Source: Sminthopsis crassicaudata (lineage: Eukaryota). Taken from it: a DNA stretch of 64,000 nucleotides. A program made the translations under genes and the position numbers. Numbering within the stretch: position 1 is the stretch's first letter; each line of letters opens with the position of its first letter. The notes below the pieces were generated by a model that worked only from the letters and a program-made list of their open reading frames with translations, made no database searches and was not told where the DNA came from. Where the stretch lies: NCBI RefSeq assembly GCF_048593235.1, contig NC_133621.1, positions 313,419,146 through 313,483,145 on the forward strand, written 5' to 3'. This document shows positions 1 through 13,154 of the stretch, piece by piece.

Positions 1-530
1 GTTTTCTTTTTGTCACCTGCTCCCAGATGTTTTTCTTGTCCCAGCTCATGGTAATTGTTGGGAGTAACTGACTGGGAGGAAGTGTGGATGGGGGAATCTC
101 TTAAGGAGATGTCTCTGCCTCCCCCTGCAGACAATGTTACTTCTAGGTGACACAACCATTGATGATGACAGCTCCAAGGGGACATGAGCTCAGCCTTCCA
201 GCAGATTTGGATCCTGCTGCAGTGGCTGCTCCCTTCTCAGAAGCAGAGGCCATTCTGGCAAATCCTCCCTCCCTTCTCTCTCAGTAATCCTGATAGGAAA
301 TAGGGGGAGGGGGAACCTTTCTTCTTTATAACCAATGAGTAGGAGGACACAGCTTGGCCAAGCTGGGGAAGGGGCACAGACATGAAATCAGGACCTATGA
401 ACACAATGGGAAGAATGCTACCCCTGTTCTAAGATAAGGGCCCACCACTCTCCTTTCCCTCTTGAGGTCAGGGATTCTGGTTTAAGGCAGGATGAGTTCA
501 GGGACAACTGCCTGGTAAGAAGAGATCCTA

Positions 531-532
<2 letters not shown>

Positions 533-588
<56 letters not shown>
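533..588. repeat. (TG)n microsatellite
   Basis: Direct. Confidence 0.95.
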
Positions 589-589
<1 letters not shown>

Positions 590-593
<4 letters not shown>

Positions 594-1190
594 GAAAAAG
601 AGTAGATCAATTGGGCACACAAGTAAAAAATCTAGAAAAAGAACAAATTAACCCCCCCCCCACATAAATATCAAATTAGAAATTTTGAAACTCAAAGAAA
701 AAAATTAATAAAATTGACTCTAAGAAAACTATTGAACTAATAAATAAAACTAAGAGTTTTTATGAAAAAGCAACAACAAAATAAACCATTGATTAATTTG
801 ATTAGAAAAAGGAAAGGACAAAAAAACAAATCACTAGCATCAAGAATGAAAAGGATGAACACACTACCAATGGAAAAAAAATTAAAACAATATTTAAGAG
901 CTATTTTACTCAACTCTATGGCACCAAATCCGACAATTTAATTGAACTGGATAATATTAACAAAAATAAAATTGCCTAAATTAACAGAAGAAGAAATAAA
1001 TTATTTAAATATTCCCATTTTAGAAAAAAAAAAAAATTGAACAAGCCATTGAAGAACTCCCTAAGAAAAAATCTCCAGGGCCAGAGGGATTCACAAGTGA
1101 ATATCAGTTGCCCACAGCTATGCTAAGCTAACATGATAAAAATAGCAATTCTGCCTAAACTGATCTGCTTGTTCAGTGCCATACCAGGTG
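590..1190 (+). mobile_element. L1 ORF2 fragments
   Basis: A-rich ORF2-like DNA (aaatctccagggccagagggattcacaagtgaat; aattctgcctaaactgatctgcttgttcagtgccatacc). Confidence 0.7.
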
Positions 1191-1799
1191 ACAACACCCA
1201 TTTGATTAAATAAATTCTATCTTTCTTGATCCTTTTCAGGATCAAGAAACTACTCTTTCTTTAATATTCCATGGTCTATATGGTATTTCTTTGTGCTGTG
1301 CTCCAAATCCTAAACTGCTGGGCATCTTTGGGTTAAACCTGGAACAGGAAGTAACAGGAAAAAAAAAAAAAAACTTAATTGACCAGCAGTATTCAAAATT
1401 TACCCTCTATCAGGAAGTCTCTGAGAGTTTTGAAGTAGCCTGTGTTCTCTTACACTTAAATAGGAAAGGAAACATTTACATATAAAAATCTATGCAAAAC
1501 AAATACATGATTACTTGAGGCTCTAGAAAGAACAGGAAAGGCTTCACATACAAGGTGAAAGCCTTAAACTGAGTTTTGAAGAAAGCCAGTAATTCTAAGG
1601 GCAGAGGTGAGGAGAGAGAGCACTTCAGGCATGAAGTTCAGAGGCTGGAGATGCAAGGAAGAACAGCAAGCAAGCCATTTTGGCTATACCCCAGAGAGAT
1701 GAAGGAGGCAATGCATAAGAATAGAAAGATTGCTGGGACCAGTCTGTAAAGGATTTTAAAGATTAATCAGAGATATTTAACTCAATAACTCTGTTCAAA

Positions 1800-2978
1800 A
1801 AATGTGAAAACATAAATGGAGACCTATTTCAATATGAATTTCTGGAAAACCTGAAAAATAGTTTGGTAGGAATTATTGTTAGACTGATAGCTTTTAACAC
1901 ATGCTGTACACAACAGGCTCAAAACAGATGTAAAGCTAGAAAATGAAAGTTCATATTGTGTGACTAGATGACTTATACATCCACTGCAAGGGAGAGATGT
2001 CTGAACCAAAAAAAGAATGAGGCTATTATTACAAAAGGCAAAAGAGAAGTTTGATCTCATGGCATCATCAAAATCATATCCTCTGTATTAAAAGGAAAGA
2101 TGTAAATGGACAGGGTGGAGGAGAGTCTTTGTATCCTCTTTAAGGGATCACATCTAAAATATGTAGAAAATGTGTATGAATTTTAAGAAGAAGCTCCATT
2201 CCCAATGGCCAAATGATCAAAGGGTGAAAACAATTCACACACAAAAAAATTGTAGACTATTAATGAGCATATAAGATTTCTGTATATCACGGATAATATG
2301 AGAATTAAAAATCAGGAATTTGATATTGTGCCATATACTTACTATACATAAAATATGGAGGAGGCACAATATGGAAATATTTAGTGTTGAAAGGTCAACC
2401 CTAAGTTAGGTATACTGATATACTGTTGCTGGAACAATAAATTAGTCCAACCATTTGAGAAATCAATTTCAAATAACTAGAACCTCTTACTCAGAGGTCC
2501 TACTTCTAGGTAGATAATTTATGATAACCAAAACCAGAAAGATCTTATATGCTACAAAGTATTTATAGCATCCAAGTAAAAACAAAGAATTAGAAATACA
2601 ATAGATGCCTCTCATATGGAGAATGGATAAATAAATACTGATATTTTGTCAAAATAAAATATTAATTAATTTTATTTAACAGTAACTATGAAGAACTTGG
2701 AGAAATGTGGGAACATTTTTATAAAGTAATGTGGAGTGAAGTCAGGAACCAGGGAAGCAATATGTACAATGACAATAGCAATATAAAGAAAAGAATGAAA
2801 ATAAAGAAACTGAACATTGTAATTAAAATGACCAAGACTTCCTAGAGAAAAATTGAGAAAATACACCTCCTAACTTTCATTGCAGAGTGATAGAGTTATG
2901 AGTATGGAATGTTTTATACTTCATAAGACATAAAACTCCATAAATTTATTCATTTTAGTGAAGTGCTCTTTTTTACCC

Positions 2979-3027
<49 letters not shown>

Positions 3028-3125
3028 AAGAACAAAAGGTCACTAATAGATAAAAATGTTTATAGAAGTTCTTGTTATATGAAAAAAAGCTGAACATTTG
3101 GGAGATGACCATCAATTGGGGAAAA
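1800..3125 (+). mobile_element. Old L1 ORF2 3' end and 3'UTR remnants with (AG)n
   Basis: Degenerate L1 3' motifs; (AG)n at about 2983-3024. Confidence 0.55.
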
Positions 3126-3134
3126 GTCATTTAA

Positions 3135-3585
3135 GAATGCAGTGGGGAATTATTACACCACATTTATTGGAAAGTGATTAAATCAATTGCTATGTGGCTC
3201 TGTCTTTCCAGGCCAAAACACCCTCCTCTAGCCATCACTCCTAATACAACAATGATAAATAAGGTTGACTCCCAAAGATTTTTAGATAAAGATTACATTC
3301 TGATCTATTTTCATTTTTCTGAAACATAAGATATGCAAAATCAGAGAATCCACCCCAAATGTTAATGGGGACTATTTGTCTCCTATCTTTGGCAGAACAT
3401 CCCAAACTCATATTGGTGTGATCAGCCACAGGCAGACACACTAACTTGATTCCAACATAATGAAGTCCTTCAAGAAAGAAAGATAACCATCAACCCTTTC
3501 CACTGAGATTCCAGTGTATGAAATGTCATGTCATCTTTTTGATTTTCAAATATGTCATGCATGCCTAGAATAGTCATACTGGAGA
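3135..3585 (+). pseudogene. Exon-less remnant of a paralogous homeobox locus
   Basis: 3135-3247 aligns by eye to intron 2 (about 61905-62023) and 3248-3585 to the 3' flank (63190-63507) of the intact gene; the intervening 1.17 kb containing exon 3 is missing. Confidence 0.7.
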
Positions 3586-3949
3586 TACTCTAAATGCACG
3601 TGTATGGAGAATTCATCTCGTCAATATTAAGTGTGTTATGAATCCCCAGACTTGTCAAATGGTGTCTTTTCTAAATACACAAGAATAGTAGAACAGATAG
3701 CTTCATCTTTAGATATAACATCCATTCATAGTAAGGTCTACCTATTGTATCTAGCCTAAGAACACACAGATAGTAGACTTGAAAAAATAGTTACTGAGTT
3801 GGTGCTGGAATTTTTCCCTACCAGTTTTTCCTCACTATCCTGCTTGCCCTTTTCACCCTATTCCCCCTCTTCACTGCTCTGTTTTACTTCTATCTGATAC
3901 TTTGGCCTCTTGTTCTTAACCTCTAAGGTTAACCTCTAAGAGTTCCTTC

Positions 3950-5900
3950 CTTATCCTCTCCCCTCAACATATCCTCTTGCCCTATTTCTTTCTGAATTCA
4001 GAAGACTTTTATAAACTTCTGAATATGTTGATCCCTCTTTTAACCCATGTTCAATGACAGTAAAGAAATAGCACTACTCACTCTTCCTCCACTGGTTTCT
4101 TCTGTATCAATTTTCCTGTACATGCCCTATTTATATCAGCTTTTTATGTCTCTTAACAATTTTATTTTTTTTTTTAGAATCAATATATCATACTCAGATG
4201 CTCAACTTACACATTTCTTTCAAACTACCCAAATAATAAGTCATAAGAATACTGATGTTTTCACACACACAATGTTAGCAAATGACCTTATTGGTCTTTA
4301 AAGCTTACCTTATATTTTCCTTTGATGTTGTATGTCAGATATTCTCTTGTGTTCTGGGGGTTTTGTCACAAAAATCTGAAAATCTTTGAATTCATTAAAT
4401 GTCCTTTGTTTATTTCCCACTCAAGTACATAGTTAACTTTGCTGGGTAAATTACCTTTGATTGCAACCCCAGCTCTTTTACTCTATGAAAAACAGTATTT
4501 CCAGGCCTACTGTATCTTCACAGTAGCTGCTAAGTCTTAGGTACTCTTTAGTGTAGGTTTATGGCATTTAAATTGTTTTTCTTAATAGTTGCTTCCAATA
4601 TTTTCTTCTTAACCTTGGGAGCTATGAAACATGCCTTCTTGTTCTCAACCTTTGGGGCAAAATTTCTTGATAACTTCTTGCAATATATCAATATACTTTT
4701 TTTAAAACCTAATTTATAATCTTTCTATTCTTATATTTCTCCTCAGTCTGTTCTCCAGATTAGTTGTTTTTCTGAGTAGATGATTCACAATCTCATTATT
4801 TTATTTTTTTTGATTTTGTTTTATGGTTTCTTGGGGTCTTAAAATGTTATAACTTCTCCTTGCCCGATTCTGGTTTTCAAGGAAATATTTTCTTCTTTAA
4901 GTTTTTTTCCTATTTCCAATTGGTGGTTTTTCATAATTTTCTAGATTTTCTCGGATTGCTCTTATTTTTTCCCTGAATTTTGCTCTCTCTTACTTGATTT
5001 TTAAAGTCCTTGTAAGTTCTTCAATAAATCTTTGTACTTGGGGTGATTTGAGGTTTCTCTGAAGGAGTTTGTTTTTTCTCCATTAGTAGCATTTATTGCA
5101 CCTTCCTCCATGTATAATTACTGATCTTTATCTATAGTTGAGTTCTTTCTCCTTTGCTTATACATTATCACCCATCTTTTTGTTCGTTTCTTTTGTTTCC
5201 TTTTTTGCAGCTCTTCCTTGTAATCTTGAGGGAAGGTGAATGATTCTCTAAGCCCCAGATCCTTCCTACTATATTTCTGAGATATGTTTGGGCCCCCACC
5301 AGAGGCTCTTCTCTTCACTCCAAAGCCAGAGGTAGGAACCTGCATTCATATTGTTCTACAAATGATCTCGCTGCCTTCAGTTCCTCTGGTGTTTGCAAAC
5401 ATCTGTTTTCTCTGCCCCACAAATGAAACCAGGGACTCTAGTCTCTTGTAAGTGCCCTTACTCAACAGGGTCCCTGAGCTTTGCCACTGCACTCACCAGG
5501 TGTGTGCTGGCTTCTCCCTGTAGCCACAGCCTGGGATGCATCTGCTCAGCATGCTGTGATTGGCATCCCTCAGAAAGGGAAGGTTCTTCAATATTCTCTG
5601 ATTCAACCATCAGATCCCCAAACTGATTGCAAAAGGAAAGGTTGTAAGGCTGAGGCTGCTTCTCAACCTGACTGCCCCCAGGATTGGGTGTTGGTTGATT
5701 CTGCAGTTTGCTTGCAGGTGTTTGCACTTCACTCAGGGACAAACTTTCACCTGTGGAGATTGGGTCTTTCCTAGTCTTTCAAATTATTTTAGGACAACTG
5801 ATTTATTCTATGTTTAACTTCTACTGCTCTGAGGCAATGTTCTATCCTTTTTATGGTGAAAACTTGGAGGGTTAAAAGTTTTCTTACTTCTGCCATCTTC
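3950..5900 (-). mobile_element. Old antisense L1 (ORF1/5' region) remnant
   Basis: T-rich strand with marsupial L1 5'/ORF1-like motifs in reverse orientation. Confidence 0.5.
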
Positions 5901-6545
5901 CCTTAATCCTCTCCTGGTGTTAATGTTATGAGACTCTCAATATGTTGATTCTCTCTTGAATACCTTCACTTTTCAGTAACCTACTACTCCATTCCTCCTG
6001 AATTGAAATAGATGGTTATTATACTCTGGGTCTTGCCATTACATACAAATATTCTATTTTCATATACGTGAACTCTTAAATAACTGAAAAAACTTTTCAA
6101 ACTTTTTCCTTAAATGCGGTCATTCAAAGAAAACTCCCCCCTTTTTTCCTTCTCATCTCACATCATTCAAACATCCCCATCCCATCTTTTGTCTTACCTC
6201 ACTCATGAGGAAGTTGCTGCCCTCTCCTTGCCAAGCTGCAGGTGGATTCTCAATTCCATTACTTCCCTTATTCAGAAAACTATTCCTCTGTCATCCTCAT
6301 TCGATTTTCAGTCTCTCCCTTTCTGGCTCTATCCCTGCTGCCTAAAGAAACACTCATTTCCCCAAGCTAGAAACAAAAATCCTCTACATGAGATGTTATG
6401 ATCCCCCCCTTAGTTATAGTTTTAAATCTCACTGCCTCTTCACAGCTGAACTTATAAAAGGCATCTAATCAGTGCTTCTACCTCTTTTCCTCTCAGTTGA
6501 TTCAAAAACTTTCTGCAATGTGGCTTTTGATTTCATCATTTTCTG
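5900..6545 (+). mobile_element. L2 LINE fragment
   Basis: CT-rich L2 ORF2-like motifs (gaagttgctgccctctccttgccaagc; tctcactgcctcttcacagctgaac). Confidence 0.55.
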
Positions 6546-6824
6546 CCAGACATTGTGATAGCTACAAATTATCTTTGTTAAATAAAATTTTATGTCATTC
6601 CCCAATCACATGTGAACATTATTTTTGACATTTGATTTTTAAGAGATGTTGAGTTCTAAACTCTCTAATTCTCTAACTTCCTCTCTCCTTGAGACAGTAA
6701 CCAGATATGGATTACATATGTTCTATCAAATAAAACCTTTCATTTTTAGTCATTTTGTACTATAAGACTTGAAAAGAAAAAAAGAAACAAGTTAAGAGGA
6801 TGGGAAGAAAGAAAGGAGAAGGAA

Positions 6825-7065
6825 NNNNNNNNNNNNNNNNNNNNNNNNNNNNNNNNNNNNNNNNNNNNNNNNNNNNNNNNNNNNNNNNNNNNNNNNNNNN
6901 NNNNNNNNNNNNNNNNNNNNNNNNNNNNNNNNNNNNNNNNNNNNNNNNNNNNNNNNNNNNNNNNNNNNNNNNNNNNNNNNNNNNNNNNNNNNNNNNNNNN
7001 NNNNNNNNNNNNNNNNNNNNNNNNNNNNNNNNNNNNNNNNNNNNNNNNNNNNNNNNNNNNNNNNN
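6825..7065. other. Assembly gap (241 N)
   Basis: Run of N. Confidence 1.
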
Positions 7066-8564
7066 TTCCTTATGTTAAGATTTAGGCAAGGATAGATTTG
7101 GATCCAGACAGCAATTTGGTCAATGGAATCAAATTAATCAAAAGAAACATTTCCACCCAATAATTCCCACTGCCTTTTTGAATCAGATGAGATAAATCCT
7201 TGGCACAGTACCAAGCATAGTGTAAGTAATTAATAAATTTCTGTCCTCTTCCCATCCCTGTTTTTTTTTTTTTTAGCAGTAATTCTTATTCCTTCCTTTT
7301 CTTCAAAGTCAATCTTTTTCATTGATATTTAAAATCATCTTTACAAAATTTATTTTGGGATAAATGCCAAAGTGACATTTAAGATGGTAAGATTCCAGTG
7401 ATTCCTTTGCTTTCTTCCTGCTTCCTCACCCGGAGTCAGCTTTTCCAGCACAAGTCTTTTCCTTTCTGCAGTAAATAGTATCCAAATAGGCCTTGTCACA
7501 TCATGTGAATCCCTCAAACATGGATGCCCTTCCTTTCTAGATGAATGAATTTTTTGACCTGTTTCCCATACGGGGTACTGTGGACTGCAAAAAGAAGGAC
7601 CTACTCTCTAGAACCCTCCTGCCCAAAGCCAAGTCCCAACTTGTGATATAAAAAGTCACATTTCTGATTCATTCCTTTCTCTAGTCTCATGCTTTTCATC
7701 TTCACCCCCTTATTATGGCTCTAGTCTGAACATCTGTCTGTCCAATTGTTTACCCACCCAGATGTCTGTCTGTCTCTGAGTCTGCCCAATTGTTTTTCTA
7801 CCCAGCTGTCTGTTTGCTTGCCCATCCATCTGTCTGCTTGCCTTCTCAGTCCCTTAAGCAACAAAAGAACTGAGTTCACTCAGGACAGGGACAGATAGAA
7901 AAGTGGAGACATCAAGAGCTGATGTCAGGAATGGTTATAATCAGGTAGAGGAAAGGTCAGAAGACCAGCATGGTGGGATGTGAAAGTGGAGGGCCAGAAG
8001 TGGTACACCAGTAATGGGCCCTTCTGCTATGGGCTTAGTGTGCATGTTTGATATAAGAATTACATTGCTGGGGTTCATTTCTTTTTTTTTTTTTGTTCTT
8101 CCATCTTAGCTGGGCTGAGCCATGATTTTTCCACTTTCCTGATATTCAGGGAACAGAGCTGCTGATTCCTCTGTGGCCCCATAACTACCCTCAGCCTCAG
8201 GGACTCCAGGAAAGTTCACTTAACATGGTGACATCCATCTCTTCTCCATTTTAGTTGCCACACCTTCAAGGGACAGCACAGGATGGAGAGATGAGGCTGA
8301 CCACAAGGTCTGTCATCCTTGCTGGTACACCCCTTTGTGTGTGGGTATGTTTGCATGTGTATTTGTGTGTGTGTGTGTATACAGATGTTGGAACAGCCCT
8401 TTGGCAGCCTGCCCAGAGTGGGCCTATAGTGGCCAGGTTCAACCTCCTGACACTGGTCCAGGCCACAGGCCTGCAGATCCTGAGACCTTCAGTTTTCAAG
8501 CCTCACTTTCTACCTAGTGAGATTTTCATATTACTTTCCACCCCCCAGGAAGCCCCCAAAAGTT

Positions 8565-9110
8565 TTGTGTCACCTGCTCCCAGATGCTTTTCTTGGCCCA
8601 TGATAATTGCTGGGAGTAACTGACTGGGAGGAGGTGGGGGGGGAGGGACTCCTGAAGAGATATCCCTGCCTCCTCCTGCAGACATTTCTAGGTGACATGA
8701 CCATTGATGATGACAGCTCCAAGGGGAGAGGAGCTCAGCCTTCCAGCAGCTTATTATTCAGTCCCCAGACTCAGATTCTGCTGCTGAGGCTGCTCAGGAC
8801 CATCATCCTTCTCAGAAGCAGAGGCCATCCTGGTAAATCCTCCATTCTCCCTCAGTAACTCTGATAGGAAATAGGGGGAGGGGGAACCTTTCTTCTTTAT
8901 TACCAGTGAAGGGAAAGACACAGTATGGTCCAAGGACTCAAGGAGCTGGGGAAGGGGCACAGACCTGAGGCCAGGACCTGAGGACACACTGGGAAGAACA
9001 TTGCCCCTGCTCTGGGATAAGGGCCCACCACTCTCTGTTACTCCTGAGGTCAAGCTCCTGGTTTGAGGCAGAATGAGTTCAGGGGCAGCTCCCTGGTGAG
9101 AGACGAGATC
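8565..9110 (+). repeat. Duplicate of window start 1-530
   Basis: Colinear unique-sequence similarity (gtcacctgctcccagatg...gggataagggcccaccactct). Confidence 0.85.
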
Positions 9111-12100
9111 CTGATAGTAACAATATAGTATAATGATGAAAACCTGTAGCTACATACACAGTGGCCATGGAGGATTTTCCAGTTAGTCCAAGCCGGGGAA
9201 GGACCTCAAGTGGCTGGTTCCACAATATGTTTGTAGCTTGCCACTGAAATTCAGAGTCCAGACTCCTCAGTTCTGAAATATTCATGGTAAGAACATAAAT
9301 TCTCTCAGCTTATAATTATGGAGCTCCCTTTGTCTGCCACTCCCAGTGCCACTTATGAATTTAAAATATATATGGGATGTTCTTTCTAGCAGCTGGCTAG
9401 TGAATGTGTCTGCATTTCTCATGCTATGTTTCCCAATGATCATCCTCTTGCTTTTGATCTCCATGGACAGCCAAATAGCCAGAGCCTGTTATGCTCCCAG
9501 ACAAGCACAATGCTTAACATTGAGGCTTGTAAGGTTCCCCCACCCCCCGCGTTAGGCTCACACAAAGAAGGACCCTTCCTTGGTGATGTTCAAGGAAGAC
9601 AGCATCTGAATGACTCTAGTTCTTCACTCTGACCCCATACAGAAACACCCAAATCGACTAGGACCTGGCTGATAAACACTGCCCCAAACCTTTTGTGATT
9701 AGTTGACAAAGGGGAACTAGGACTCCAAGCAGGGCTGGGACCCTGGTGGATCTAGTTTCAGGATTGAATTTCAGGTGTCACCTCACTCTGTCATCCTTAC
9801 AACAACTTCCTTCCTCTTATATTCAGTACTGGATCAGACTTGCTCTTTGCAGATAGCATCCCAGCATGATAAGAATTGGGTCCAGCAGCTTTGGATCATC
9901 TGAGAGAGCAAGGGCTTTAGCAACCATACACTCCATCCTATACGTGTAAAAGTTTCCTCTTTGTGACTTTGACATGTAGTCACTTCATCTCTGCTTAAAG
10001 ACCTACAAGTAGAAAAAGAACCCAAACTCCTTTGAGACACTCATCATGGTTAAGCAGATTTTCATCACAACAACTTCAAATTTACCTCCTTAGCATCTGC
10101 ATCCATTACTTCTAGTCCTAGCCTCTCATGACACTTGTACAAGGTTAATTCTTCTAACTTCCTTCCTGTCCCTGTCTCTGTCTCTTTTCTTTCATTCATC
10201 CCACCATCCTCCTGAAGATATTCCTCAGAGTTACAGACCAGTATCCTTACCTCAATTTTCATTCTCCTCCTTGACCTCTCTTTGATAATTGACCTTACTG
10301 ACCACCCCTTACTTAGCACATATTTGACTTCTCTTTCACTCCTTGCTTGAAGAATTGGAGCATCTTGATGTTTGAGGTGTGTTTGAGAGGTTATGCTAAA
10401 TTATCTTAATTAGCTTTAACTTTACAAAACTGAGTGTGGCTGCAGTGCCATGAGCAGGTAGCTACCTTCCAAAAATGCAATTACTTCACTTTTTGCTTCT
10501 GTGTGAATGACTCTCCAATCACCAGCTCCCTCCCTGGTCCATCTGCTGGATCTCCCTCTACAACTTCACTTCTCATTGATGCTGGCCATATTGCCTGAAT
10601 GTCTAGTCCAAGAGCAGGTCCAATTAGAAGAAATTTGCCTGCTCATCAGCCCCACAGTACCCTGACTTCTGCAGGTAATCTAAGCACAGGTCTACTACTT
10701 CTGAGTAGTAATCCCTTTCTAAGGGGAGTTTGTGGTCTATGCCACGTCTGTTGCATTTCTGTATCTACTTTTGGCAACCAACTCCTCTTGCCTGCTCACC
10801 AACCTGATGGGCTCCATTTCAGTGCCGGGCACCCAGTGAACCTCCCACAGCTTCCAGCTTTGTGGCCACTCCTCCCTCCTAGCTTCTCCCTCTCCTCCCC
10901 TGACACATCTCCTTCCTTCCTCTCATCCTCCTCCCGATGGCATCTCAGGCCCATGATGACCCCAGACCTACACTATTCTGAAAGTATCTGACCAGGATTC
11001 TCCCTCCTCCTCTGCTCCTGGCTTCTCCTGGCTCATGTTGGGAAGAGCATCCCTGACTTGCCTGGGTCCTCCTCACACTCATTCAGTGGGTCCCCATTGT
11101 CCATGAGGTGGAGTTCAGGGTTTTAGCTGGCCCTTTGAGGCCTTCCACTCTTGGCTCTCCCTGATGTTTCTACTCTTACTTCCCTCCATCCCAAATTCAC
11201 TGACCCTTTTTCTGCAGCAAAGAATCATGGCTCATTTCTAGCTCCCTTCTATCTCTCCTTGGGTGCATCTAGTTAGAATTAGTGGAACATCTTGGGAAGC
11301 ATTAGAAAGCCTGGACTCAAGTCCTAGGTGTGCTGTTGATTCACTACATGAGGCCACATAAGTCCGTCTAAGCTTCAGCTGGGTGCCTTCATCTGTTATA
11401 TGGAGCCATTTAAACTTCCAGTGTCTGACAATAGAGTGAACCTCAAGTGGATGCAGAAATTGTGTAGCCACAGTAAGCTACTCCATTAGCCTGAGGCTAG
11501 TCAGAAAGCCCTAGGGCCAAGTTTTCTGGACCTTTCTCTACCTCAGTTCCCTCCCCCTGAAAGATGACAAAGAGAATCCTCGTACCACCTCTCCTATGGT
11601 GTGGCTGAGTTCCAAGGATGGGGTCTATCTGAATTTGTCCTTCTAGTGCCTAATACAAGTGCTTGGCACACAGTAGGAGCTCAATATATGCTTATAGAGA
11701 ATAACATTTAAGGTTTACACATGTGTCTCACTCCACCCTCACAATCACCTTGAAAAGTAGGTATTATCATTTTTTGTCAGGTGAGAAAGTGAGGAAAGGG
11801 GAGGGACTTGGCCAGATTGACCCCTTGGGCAGGACAAGGCCTGAAACTCAAGGCCTCTGACTTATTAGAATTCATTTCCCCAACACCATTTGAACCCCCA
11901 TTCACTAGGTTAATCTTCTAGGCCCTTCTGCTCCAAGTGTTCCCTCTCTTTTCAAGGGAGTCAGGTTTAGGACTGTTTTCTGAATTCGGCTTGTCAGGAG
12001 TCTTTGCTGAAGTCCACAGCAAGCCCCCCTGAGTGCAGAGAAGGTGGCTTCTTCTCAGCCTGACTCCTGAGGAAACTGAGGCAACGTGTGTCATCACTCA

Positions 12101-13154
12101 CAGGGACTATGGCACTTGTTTCTGCTGTCTCCCTTTTAATCCATCTTCTATTCAGCAAATTGATTTCCCTAAAACCCGGTGTCTTCAGGAGGTCCCCATT
12201 GCTTTGAATACATTCTCTGCTGGGAATTTACAATCCTTAATCCCCCACCTTCAGCCAGTCTCTGCAGGGAGATTGCCTTTTCTCCCTTACCCATTGACCA
12301 TACTGGCTAATTTCCCATTATAGATTTAAACCTGAAAAGCCCTTCAGAAATCATAGAATCAGTCTGATTTTTATAAAGGAAGAAATTGAGCCTCATCAAG
12401 ACAGTCGCTGACTCAAGCCAGAGAAGGAAGTAGCCAAGTCAGGATTTTATTTTCCCACCTCGGATCCAGATTCTGTCCCCCTCAACCCCCCTTCGCCACT
12501 CATCTCACCCGCATGCCTTTGAGCAGGCTCTATTCCCTACCTGGGATCCTCCCTCACCCCTAATCTCACCCACAACAACAGCATTTCCTTCCTACTAAAA
12601 ACACTGCTCCTTACTATAGCCTTTCTATGAGTTCGAGCCTACTACCCCCACCCCCCTTTTGCTGTGGCCAATTAATACACCTTTCCTCCTTAACACAATC
12701 TCCCGGGACTCCTAGCTCTCCTCGGGCTCAGCTCAAGCACAGCCCTAACCTAGAGACTCGCTCTGATCCCCCCCAAGTCATTAGTGCCTGTTCTCCCCTT
12801 TTGGTTATTTGCAACACGTCCCACTCTCTAGCTTGTGAAGTGTTCGCACATGTTCTCCCTTGTTGGATGAAGAACTCTGAGAGCAGGCCCTGTTGGGGGA
12901 AGGGGCCTGTCGATGTCCCTAAGGCTTAGTATTGGGCCCTATTTATTAAGTACTTAATAAAAGCTTGTGGATTTGACTAAAGAAGACCCTCCTATACAGG
13001 ATCCTTCACTTACCTGATTGGTCTTTGCTTATCTGCAAAAGATCTTCAAGGCTTCTCCCTCTATTTCCTGCCCTCCAATCCAGAGGGTGGTATGTTCCCA
13101 AAGCAGAGGGGTCTCTCGGGAGGAGCTGGGATGGCCCTAAATGGGAATAGCAAA

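Larger units (their letters stand above)
5480..7990 (+). repeat. Segmental duplicate of 57725-59612
   Basis: 5480-6540 matches 57725-58860, including the same L1-to-L2 junction; 7480-7990 matches 59211-59612. Confidence 0.8.

Noticed and set aside
6800-7078. ORF of X residues
   Set aside because: Assembly gap.
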